The notes under the pieces were generated by a model. The model was not told the DNA's origin. It ran no database searches and saw only the letters and a list, made by a program, of their open reading frames with translations. This document shows positions 39,981 through 52,211 of a stretch of DNA of 64,000 nucleotides, in pieces. This DNA comes from Amoebidium appalachense. Lineage: Eukaryota > Protista > Ichthyosporea. The stretch is from assembly GCA_963693365.1 (NCBI GenBank), contig CAVNZM010000014.1, positions 4,836,001-4,900,000 of the forward strand, written 5' to 3'. Positions within the stretch are counted from its first letter, which is position 1. The number at the start of each line of letters is the position of its first letter. The position numbers and the translations under genes were made by a program.

Positions 39981-41033
39981 ATGGCTGCCGACGCGGAGAC
40001 GGTGGCGCTGCTCACCAACGTGTTTGGGCAGTCGGAGAGCAAGATTAAGGAGACAGTGAAGAACGAGAAACTGACCCAGACCATCCGTGATATTTGCGCC
40101 GAGGTGAGTTGGAAAACTACTTTTTTCCCTAGTGTATACAAGAGAAATGGTTAGGTACGAAGGACATGTGCATTTTTTGTGTCCTTGAGATATGTGGTGT
40201 GGGTGAGTGCTTGTGTGTTGAGTGCAAGCGGTTGTAGTGGGCACAAAGAGAGCACATAGGGGGCACACAGAGGCAGACAGGGAGAGGGACACTTAAGAAT
40301 GCACGCAAGGACGTACCCACGCACGCACGGACACGTAAAGATGCAGCAGAACCATGCACGCTTAATGTCACACACGTGTGTCCGTGAATACGTCATTCTT
40401 TCAACAAGCACAACCTGGCACACTGGCGGATGATGTGGAAGGACTTACCTGCATCTTCCCCCACACAACTGCACGCTGGCACCTCTGTCACACACCTTGG
40501 GCCTTAGCAACCTGGATATATCGTTGAAATGATAGCACAGAAGGAGGATATAGCTGGCATGAAACACATCAGCATGCGTTTTCTCCCTTTCCTAAACCTG
40601 CATTCACAAACCAATACGCAGACATGTGGCACCTGTATGCTACACAAACACACCCACTACACAGTCGCATCCTTGCCAAGCAAATTAAGCAGATCGATCT
40701 TGGCACTTTAACTCAGCAAAGAGCACAACGATCAAGCTAACAGTGTTGTCAAGCCAAGCAGACCAAGCAGGTTTTTCTGATTACCCTAACACATTACACA
40801 AGCACAGTAATCAAGCCAATCACTTCTACCAAGCCAAGCAAACCAAGCAGGCTAACAATGTTCTGGGCATACAGGCAGGGATCACCAGCAGCAGCAAGGT
40901 GAGCAAGGGTGTCTCCAACCTGCTGTACAACATTGCCACCCGCCTGCCCCCCAAGACCAAGGCCAACCGCCGCCCAGTGTTGGTGAAGTATGTTGTGGAT
41001 GAGAAGATCACCACCGATACCCAGCTCACAGGT

Positions 41034-41077
<44 letters not shown>

Positions 41078-41235
41078 TGCCCCTCCCCCCTCCCCCTCCC
41101 CTTCCCCCCTTGCCCACTATGTCTCCCCTCTCCCCCCCCCTCCGCCCGCCCCGCACCAATCCTTTACACTGCCTTGCATGGCGTCTCTCCTCCTTTAAAA
41201 CCCCTCGTTTCCGCCTCCTGCCCCCCTCTCCCCTC

Positions 41236-41271
<36 letters not shown>

Positions 41272-41385
41272 ACACCCACCCACCCACCTGCCGCTTCTCC
41301 CTCACATAAATACACAGCCTGCCTCCTAGTTCTCCTCTGTGTTGGTGGCGAACCGATCCTGTGAGCCCACATCCCTTCTTTCCCC

Positions 41386-41416
<31 letters not shown>

Positions 41417-41873
41417 TTTTTTTTGGCCTTTTTATAAATCCCTCCCCCTCGCCCCCCCCCCCCCCCCCCCTGCCTTTCCCCCCTTTTCCCCAAGTTTTAA
41501 CCTTACCTATCAACCCGTGTACACTGTACTTCCCCTTACCTTTCCACCTAGGTCTGTTGTAAGTCGAGTCCAGGAATCCTTACCTTTCACCCTGCAACTT
41601 CTGGCGGTTTTCCCTCTCCTTTCTGCAGCTGCGTTTGACTTCTTCAAAGATGAGGAACTGACTGGGGGAGAGCAACTGGACACCTCTGCCTTTGATCAGG
41701 CATGTGGTGTTGGTGTGGTGGTGACACCCGAGCAGGTGAAGGCTGCGGCGGCTGCTACTATCGAGGCGGCTAAACCAAAGGTGCGAAAAGGAAAAAAACG
41801 TGTGTGTGGTTGGGTTTTGATACGTGTGAGTCATATCGGGCGGGTGTCTGTAAGGTGTGGAAATGGTTTTGGG

Positions 41874-41965
<92 letters not shown>

Positions 41966-43209
41966 CCCCCCCCCCCCCCCCCCCCCCCCTCCCCCCTCCG
42001 TCCCTGCAGCTCACTCTCCTCCCTCCGTCCCTGCAGCTCTGTCCCTCCCTGCTTCCCTCCCTCCCTCCCTCCCTCCCTCCCTCCCTCCCTCCATTCCTCC
42101 CTCCCTCCGTCCCTCCCTCCCTCCGTCCCGTCACTCCCCTCCCTTACCCCTCCCCCTCCCCCCCCCCCTCCCCCCTCTCCCTCTTTCTGTGTGTGTCTGT
42201 GTGTGCATGCTTGCCTCGTGCATGCGTGCATGTGTGCGTCGTGTGGGTGCGTGTGTGCGTGGCATATGGAGAAAGATATTGGGGGGGGGGGGGGGGGGGT
42301 TATGATGTTATGTTATGGTTCCATCACATGCCTTCACTGACATTTTGCATTTTAGATACGTGCGAAATATATGTGCTACTGTGTGCACGTTTGTATGGTG
42401 CGGAGAAGCTATCGTGTGCTCAGCTCTCTTTTTCCCTCTCTTTCCCTCTCCGTCTGTCTCTCCTCTTTCTCCCCCCTCCCCTCCCTCCCTCCCTCCCTCC
42501 CTCCCTCCCTCCCTCCCCCCTCCCTGCATTCTGCATCGTGTTATCCGTTTGTTCTTGTGTACTTCGTACTTTATGACGCATTCAAACCCCCCTCCCTCCC
42601 TCCCTCCCTCCCGCCTGCCCTCCTGCTCTCCCTCCCTCCCTCCCTCCCCCTCCTCTATCCCCCCCCTCTCTCTCTCGGTATGTTTGTGTATGCATGCTTG
42701 CCTCATGCATGCATGCGTGCACGGTGCGGGTGTGCGCGGGTGTGGCATGTAGGGAAAGAGGGGGAGGGGGGGAGGGGGACGTGTTCTATGTTTGCATAGT
42801 ATGGCTTTATCCTTCCACCGACACATTTGCATTTTAGGTTGTGGAGGACCGCTACCACTATCCCCTCGGCAGTCTTCTGACCTCCGTCAGAGCTCAGCTC
42901 AAGGTATGTGGCTGGTTTTATTGTTGTGTTCTGACTCAAATATGCTTGTTTTGTTTTATTGTCGTGGTTTGTAATGTTTTACAGGGCTTTATTCGGGAGT
43001 GGACACATATCAAGACCTATTCCTTATGAGCTAACGCCTATTGCAAAGATCCATAATCCAAAGAACACACCCCGGATTGTGTGTGGCTTGTGTGTGCAGC
43101 CGGACATACCTGCCCTTGCTCACGGTCACACACACACATACACATGCACACGTGTACACTGCACAATGCACACATCCACACGCGCCTACCTGCCCACACA
43201 AGCGCGCGT

Positions 43210-43274
<65 letters not shown>

Positions 43275-43922
43275 CACACACACATGCACATGCAAACACA
43301 CATGCACATGCACTTGCATAATGCGTACATGTTTACATGCGTATATGGACATACACCTACACACAAGCGCGCACACATAAACACGGTCGCGCGGGCGCGC
43401 ACACGCACACATGCACACATTCAATCCCCCCCTCCCCCCCCCCCCCCCCCCCCCCCCCCACCCACACACACACACACACACACATACACAAATGAACACA
43501 TACCCTCGCTGGTGCCAAGACGCAGATGTACCCCCCCCCCCCCCCCCCCCCCCGACCCTCCCAAGTTCAGTTGATGCTGCTGTCTGAGTTGGAGAGTCGT
43601 ATATACGCGGGCTAAGGGGTCGAAACTCAGACGCAATTGATGACTTGGGCCCTTCCTGAGGATGGGCTCTGCTTATGACGCATACTGTGCGCATGGCTGA
43701 TGTTGCATACTTGAATGTTTGCCTTTGCATGTGTCCTGCACCATGCTTCTCATCGTGTATGCGTACTTCGTACCGTGTTCCGCATTCAAACCCCCCCTCT
43801 CTCCCTTCCTCCCCCTTACCCAATTCCTGTCCCCCCCCCTTCCACCCCACCCCATGCATCACCCCTGACGATGGGCTCTATTTTTTTGTACACTGTAACA
43901 CATAACCTCCTCGCCAACCCCC

Positions 43923-43958
<36 letters not shown>

Positions 43959-44925
43959 TTTCCCCCCCCCCCAACACACACACACAAGCACACACCCACC
44001 ATCCCTTTTCTCCATCTTCCACCCTTCCCCCTCTTCTCCTCTCCCCCTTACACCCCGACATCTTTACTTCCATGCAACCGGGCATGGTTGCTCTGTGTCG
44101 TGCATCTGTAAGCACATAAACGTTTTTCGCTGCACTGCATTAGTTTGCACACACATCTTCACCGTTTTGCTCACCTTGCTTGCAGAAGCAACCCTGCTCG
44201 TCTTTGACGGGTTGACCCACCCAAGTTCAGTTGATGCTGCTGTCTGAGTTGGAGCGTCGTATATGCGCGGGCTAAGGGGTCGAAACTCAGACGCAATTGA
44301 TGTCTTGGGCCCTCCCTGAGGATGGGCTCTGCTTATGACACATACTGTGCGCATGGCTGATGTTGCATACTTGAATGTTTGTCTTTGCATGTGTCCTGCA
44401 CCATGCTTCTCATCGTGTATGCGTTACAGTACTGTGTTCCGCATTCAAACCCCCCCCCCCCCCCCCCCCCCCCTCCCCCCTCCGTGGGGATGTATTTTAC
44501 GTGTTGCTGATGTTGTGTACTTTCGTGTTTTCTCCTGCGTCCCACTACGTGTGCTGTGTCCTGCAACGTGCTTCTCATCCTGTCGTTGTACTTCGTACCC
44601 TGTTCGGCATTCCCCCCCCCCCCTCTCTGCCTATGATGGAAACTGTTGGTGTGAATTGTTCTCTGCATGGTGCTGTTCGTTATATATATAGTACTTTGTA
44701 CTTTTTAACAAAATCTAACCATCCTCCCCCCTCCCCCCCCCCCCCCCCTCCCCTCCATCCATCCCTCCATCCATCCCTCCCTCCCCCCCCCCTCCCCCCT
44801 CCCTCCCTTTCTTCCCCGCATACACAACACATAAAACCCCCATCCTCCCCTCTCCCCCCCCCCACCCCACCCCCCGCATCGTTTTGTCCGTTATTTAGGT
44901 GTTCTTCTTATGTTATGGCGCATTC

Positions 44926-44960
<35 letters not shown>

Positions 44961-45363
44961 ATGCCCACACACACACACAACCCCCCTTCCCCCCGCCCCT
45001 CCCCCTACAGTGGGCCGATCCCCGGCTAGTCAAGGAGGAGGTAGATGCCCAGGTGCTTGCCCTGTTGGGGCCCAAGACGGAGGCAGACACAAAGAAACCA
45101 AAAGAGGCAAAGCCCAAGCAAAAGGTATAATCCCCTTTCCTCCCTCTTTCTCCCTCCCTCTCTCCCTCCCTGTCCTTCTCCCCCTGCCCAAACCGATTCC
45201 ACACACGCTCGCTCTCGCTTTCTCCTCTGCTCTCTCTTTCTCTTCATTCCTCCCTCCCTCCGTCCGTCCCTCCCCCCTCCCTCCGTCCCTCCTTCCCCCC
45301 CTCCCCCCCCCCCCCCTCTCTCTTTCTCTCTCTCACTCTCTCCGCCCTTCCTCCACCCTTTCC

Positions 45364-45402
<39 letters not shown>

Positions 45403-45446
45403 ATCCATTCTACACACGCTCCCTCCTCTTTTCTTCCTGTCCCCCC

Positions 45447-45499
<53 letters not shown>

Positions 45500-46024
45500 A
45501 AAGAAAAAAGAAAAAAGAAAAGGCAAAAAAAAGGAAGATTTGTGTGAAGAAAAAGAAAAAGAAAAAGAAAAATAAGGGTAATAAAAGAAAGAAAGGGAAT
45601 AAGGAAAAAGGAGAAGGTAGGGGGGGAAATAACAAAAGGCCGATTGAAAAAGGGAACGATTCATTGCTGGCCGAAGAACGAAGGAAAGGAAACATGCAAC
45701 GGAACAAACACACATCATCAGCAAAACGTAAACCGCAACAAACAGCGTTTGTTGAATATGTTAAAGAGTTTTTGTGTATCACCGTAGAATTGAGGCAATG
45801 CGCGAGCCATTCTTTGGAAGGGATGTAGGTGGCTGCAAAACTTTAGAATTGATCGTGGGCTTTATGTGCGAGATGAGTTTCCTGATTAGTTACTTTGGCT
45901 TGTTGTGTGATATCTGTGTGGTTCTGACACTGCCTTCATGACACAGAAAGAGCCTGCTGCTACCGGTGAACAGAAGAAGGACGCTGCAGCCGCTGGTGTG
46001 TGCCTCAACACACACAATCACACA

Positions 46025-46086
<62 letters not shown>

Positions 46087-46324
46087 CACACACACACACA
46101 CACACACACACGTACACACACACAGACAGAACTGCTAGTATATCCGCCCGCCCGCACACGCAAACACACACGCTTGCGCACACATGCACCTTGGCTCGTG
46201 CACGCTCGCACCCACATGCCTGTTTTTGTTTTTTATTAGTTCACAGGCTTTCCGTGGCTAGCTATTTGTGTGTTGCTTTTGAGACATGGTGCTTCGTGGA
46301 GTTTGTGTGTATGTGCGTGTGCGC

Positions 46325-46355
<31 letters not shown>

Positions 46356-46987
46356 GCTGTGTGTGTGTGTCTGTGTGTGTGTGTGTGTGTGTGTGTCTGT
46401 GTCTGTGTGTGTGTGTGTGTGTGTGCTTTGTGTGTGTGATCGTGTGCACGCGCGCCCGTGGGGGAAAGAGGTGAGCGGGGGAGGGAGGGGGGGGGGGGGG
46501 GGGGGATGACTCCTCCTCCCAAGCATTGTCTGGTGTTTTACCAACTTGCATTATGCACAATAGCCAACACAGTCAAAGAAATTGCATTAATCCATGTATA
46601 ATTCCACGAAGTTTTTTCTCGTATTCACCTGCGTTCTTGATGCACACATAGGGTAACACAGATCAAGAAGCTAGAACAACCCATGACATCCGCAACAATC
46701 ACTTCTTATTCATCCGTGTTTTTGGTGCACACAGAGCCCCAGAAGAAGTTCAGTATTATGCCTCTTTTTCAACTTTTTGTAAAAATACACATCGAGAGTA
46801 TCACAGAATAACCCATTAATTTCGCAATAATCACTTCTCATTTACCCGTGTTTTTGACACCCACAGAGCCGGAGAAGACGTTCAGTGGTGTAGTGAACAT
46901 GCTGCATAAGCCCGGGGAGAACTACAAGATGGACGGCTATGTGGTCACCCCAAAGACAAAGGAGCTGCTTGCTGTATGTCTTTCTTT

Positions 46988-47031
<44 letters not shown>

Positions 47032-47521
47032 AAAAAAAAAAAAAAAAAACATTCAACCCTCCCCCCCCCCCCCCCCCCCCCAATATCTGTAGTGTTGTCC
47101 GTCGTAAAAAGGTGTACTTCATACTCTGTAATGCATTCCATTCCTCCCCCCCACCCCCCCCCCACCTCCCCCTCTTTACCTCCGCCCGGTTTCTTGGGAC
47201 AGTGGGTGGAGTGGTGTCGGAGTATGACGGTGTCAAATAGGAACGGATTTGCATCGTGGCGTGGAGAAAAGCAGTAGGTGTGTTGGGGGGGGTGTGCACA
47301 CGCACACGCACACATACGCATAAGCACACACACCACTACCACCTCCAATAGCAACAACCTCAACCCCTCCCACTGGTGAACGGTGGCTGGCCTCAGTGGC
47401 CTGTCTTGTCTTGATGCTTTGCTATGTTCGTTGTACTTGTTCTTGTGCTACACGATATTTACCTGACCCCCTCCTCCCCCCCCCCCCCCCCCCCCCTTCC
47501 TCCCCCTCCCCCCAAAAAGCA

Positions 47522-47566
<45 letters not shown>

Positions 47567-47701
47567 AGACACAGACACAGGTGCAGGCACACACTCTTGC
47601 CCAAACACACACACACATACACACACACACACACACACACAGACACGCACACACACACACACATACACCTTCACACAGGCACACACACACACACAAACAC
47701 C

Positions 47702-47744
<43 letters not shown>

Positions 47745-47753
47745 TCACACAGG

Positions 47754-47793
<40 letters not shown>

Positions 47794-49087
47794 CACACAC
47801 AGAAACACCTCAAGGAGACTGGTGGGCAGGTGCGAACTCGGTTTCCCCCCGAGCCCAACGGCATCCTTCACATTGGCCACGCAAAGGCCATGAACTTTAA
47901 CTTCAGTTACGCAAAAGCAAACAACGGTAAGTGCATCACTGCTTTCTTTAATGGCTGTGCTAGAAAAAAAAAAGATGAACGGGGGTTGGTGTTTTTGCAT
48001 TGTGTTAATCCTGATTGGGCAGTACTTATCTACTGTGTGCACGTATGTGATCCTTTCTTCTGATTGGGCGGTACATATCTACCGTGTGCACATATGTGAT
48101 CCTTCTTCTTATTGGGCGGTACATATCTACTGTGTGCACGTATGTGATCCTTCTTCTTATTGGGCGGTACATATCTATTGTGTGCACGTATGTGATCCTC
48201 TCTTCTGAATGGGCGGTACATGTCTACTGTGTGCACATATGTGATCCTTTCTTCTGATTGGGCGGCACATATCTACTGTGTGCACCTATGTGATCCTTCC
48301 GTCCGATTGGGCGGTACATATCTACTGTGTGCACCTATGTGATCCCCTCTTCTGATTGGGCGGTGCAGGTGTCTGCTTCCTGCGTTATGACGACACCAAC
48401 CCCGAGGCCGAGGAGGAGAGATACTTCTCCGGCATTCTGTATGCACCCCCCCCACCCCCCTCCCCCCCCCCCCCCCCCACCTCGTCCCTCGTTCTTCCCT
48501 TCCCTCCCTCCCTCCTTCCCCGTCTCCTTACCCTCCCCCCCCCCCCCCCCCCCCCCCCCACTTGGGCCCTCCCTGAGGATGGGCTCTGTTTATAACACAT
48601 ACTGTGCGCATTGCTGATGTTGCATACTTGAATGTTTGCCTTTGCATGTGTCCTGCACCATGCTTCTCATCGTGTATGTATGCGTACTTCGTGCTATATT
48701 CCACAATCAACCCCCCTCCCTCCCTCTTCCCTCACCCCTCACATGCAATCATTGAGAGACTAGAACACGCGTTTTGTGGAGAAATGGGCACTTCCCTGAT
48801 AATGAGCTCTGAGAGTCTTCTGCCTGGTACCGTCAATGGCTTTGGGTTCTGTTTTTCGTTTGTTGTTGTGTTGTTTTGCTTGCTGTAGCTGTTGCCACTT
48901 CCTGATGCATACCTCAACACCCCCCCCCCCTCCCCCCTTCCGCTCCCCCTCCCTCCCCCTCTTATCCCCACCCACCCCCTACCTGATTTGTAATGCTCTG
49001 TTACACATTCTAACCCCAACCACACTATCCTCCCCCCCCCCCCCCCCCCTCCCCCCTCCCCCCCCCTCCCCCCCACCACCACCACCA

Positions 49088-49125
<38 letters not shown>

Positions 49126-52100
49126 ACACACGTACACAAACGTATACACTTGCACACGTACACACACACAGGGACATGGTACGGTGGCTAGGGTGGGAGC
49201 CGTTCCAGATCACACACAGCAGCGACTACTTCCCCCAGCTGTATGCCTGGGCCGTGGAGCTGATCAAGAGGGGGCTGGCCTATATTGACCACCAGACGGC
49301 TGAGCAGATCAAGGAGGAGAGGGGGTACGTGTGTGTGTGGGTGTGGGTGGGTGGGTGGGTGGGTGTCTGTGTCTGTGTCTGTGTCTGTGTCTGTGTCCTT
49401 TGGTGGGGGGGGGGGGAAGGTTGGAAAGGGGTGGGGGGGCAGGTGGGGAGGAGGGGGTTGGCCCATATTGACCACCAGACGGCTGAACGAGGGGAGAGGG
49501 TGAGGGTGCTTTTGTGTCTGGAGAAGGGGGGGGGGGGGGGGGGGGGGGGGATGGGACGGGAAGGAGTGGTACTGATGCGATTTTGGTGTGGCCACACAGA
49601 GGGAGTGGCACGCAGGAGAGGCGTGAGAGCCCGTGGAGAAACCGACCAATCGAAGAAAACCTGCGCATATTCGAGGAGATGAGACAGGGCCTGGTACGTG
49701 TGGGTGGGTGGGTGGGTGGGGGGGGGGGGGGGAGGGGGGGGAAGGGGGTGGGTGGGTGTGGGAGGGGGTGAGTGGGGGGGGGGGGGAGGGGAGGGGGTGA
49801 GTGGGGGGGGGGGGGGGGGGGGGGGGGTAGGTGGATGGGCTGGTGGGTGGGTGTGGGAGTGGTTGTGTAGGTGATAGGGCGGGGGGGGAAGGAGGGGTTG
49901 TGGGTGTGGGAGTGGGTGGGTGGGTGGGTGTTGGAGGGGGTCGGAGGGAGTGGGTGGTTCTGCGGGTGTTTGTTGTGTTTTTGGGAGGAGGAGGAAGGGG
50001 GGGCTGGGAGCTTGAACTGAATAAAGTGAGAGGGAGGGAAGGGGGTACATATATCTATTTAATATATATAATGTGTATCCACGAGCCATATGCACCTCGG
50101 TTTTTCGCTAATATTTGCCGAATCGCTGATCAGAACCCCCTAAAACCGTATATCTTCAGAACGCAAAAACTAAGTTCTTTCCAATAATATCATTGGTTTG
50201 GCGATAGCACGCGACCACAAAGACTGCATATATAAAAAATTGGTTTTTTACTATGCGCTGATCGGCTTTATGCTGGCTCTCGCTGACCCGCCGCATCTTC
50301 CTGGCTGATCTCGCACTGATAAGCAAGCTCCAAGAAAACCCAATCAAATGTTTAGAATGCATCGCTATCACCCATTGGAGGGCGCGTATGCAGAATACTG
50401 TCTGGGGGAGGTCTGAAAAGACATAATTTTTACCGTGTTATACATCCAATCATCAAACTGAGATATCGAGGATTTTGGGGCGCATGACTGCGCAACTTGT
50501 GAGGCTGTGCACATGCCGGCGAGGGCCCGGCGGTGTTCGGAACCAGCGTATACAACTGTAGAGTACGTAGGCAGAAAAAGATTTGTGCACAATATAAGGT
50601 TGTTTTTTGTTTGTGCGGCTTATCTTCACATTTTATAGTAAATAGGTATCGCCATAAAGCTCAGAGTATCTCAGGGTCAATCCGATGGATTTTGGGGAAC
50701 GTGACGACGTACATCGTCGGTACAATGGTTTACCGACATAGAAATCGTGTCGATGCGACACTTCGAACTGACAGATCCGACACAGATTATCCAAATTACT
50801 GTTATCGTGCTCGCGCGACACGCAAAAGTTGTTTGTCCGACATCCATTTCTAGAACGGCAATGGTTTTATGTGACATCGGAACCCTGTTAACGATTCAGG
50901 GCGGGTTCCGCTGATAAAATGTCGTGCGCAATGTTTCAAGTCAGTACGATCGTAAAACCGGCGGGCCAGGCCGCTCAGGGCGCAACTCTCATGCCCTTTC
51001 CCATGGCAGGTTACAGTTTTTTTTGTGTCCACTACTGAAGTCTATTACTCTTCTTGTTATGTGTATGCTTTATTTGATAAGTTTAATTTAACTGTTTTTA
51101 TCTGCTATATATTTATTCTTTGATTTTTATGTTAGGCACACAATTGTTAAACGCGGCTATGCATAATGTCGACAAACGTTTCCCATGGCGGTGTGGGTCC
51201 AAATTCCATTTTCTCCGTGTATCCAATCAGAATATTGTAAAATCGCTGTGAAAGTTGCCGAACCAGACCTCCCCCAAACAGTGTTCTGCATACGGGCCCT
51301 CCATTGGAATGTGACGTAATCTGAACGTAATGAATATTGCTCCAAACGCGAAATTTCAAAATAATCATTTTTTGTTGACAGAAGTATATCTTTAACGTTC
51401 AAATAATACACAAATATATATATTTGTCTTATGTTGGATAGAGACAACGTTATTAGCACGAAAATATCGGTATATATAGTGTCATCTTTCTATTTATAAT
51501 TGTCAATGTATGATCACGGGCTCCATCGATTGGCTCAAACTTGACAGCATAATCTGAGATGATCTTACGCAACATCCGCGCATCGATTGGTGGAATAAAA
51601 CCAGTCGGGTGCGCATGGCGTCGCTGATTTACTAATAGAAATTCATGTCTGTAATATATAAACTAAAAAAAAATACTATGTTTGCCTAGCCAAAATGAAT
51701 CTGGAGATAAAACAAAGTTTTTCCAGCTTACCTCTGCAGTTTCGTCATGAGAGTAGTACTGGGAGCCCTAATATTAGTGAAAAACAGAGGTGCATATGGG
51801 TCGTAGATACACATTATATATATATAGGGGGGGGGGGGGAGGGGAATGGGGGCGAAATATGAATTTTGGGGTGGGAGGGAGAGAGGGGAGGAAAGGAGGG
51901 GGAGAAAGGAGTGAGAGAAATGGGAGGACGGTGAGAGGGAAAGGAGTTCAGGAGCGGTAGGGGGAAGGGGGAAGCGGTTGAGGGAACTCAGGCTGAAAAG
52001 AGGGAGATATGTTTTGTTTCTGACACACATAGGTGTGTGTGCGTGTGAGCAGTGGGAGGAGGGCAAGGCGTGCCTGCGCATGAAGATGGACATGACGTCA

Positions 52101-52166
52101 GGCAACCCCATGATGTGGGACATTGTGGCATACAGGGTTAAGTTCTGCGAGCACGTGAAGTCCGGT

Positions 52167-52211
<45 letters not shown>

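Noticed and set aside
48010-48368. Possible CRISPR array
   Set aside because: The units are contiguous with no unique spacers, lie inside a spliceosomal intron, and there are no cas genes.
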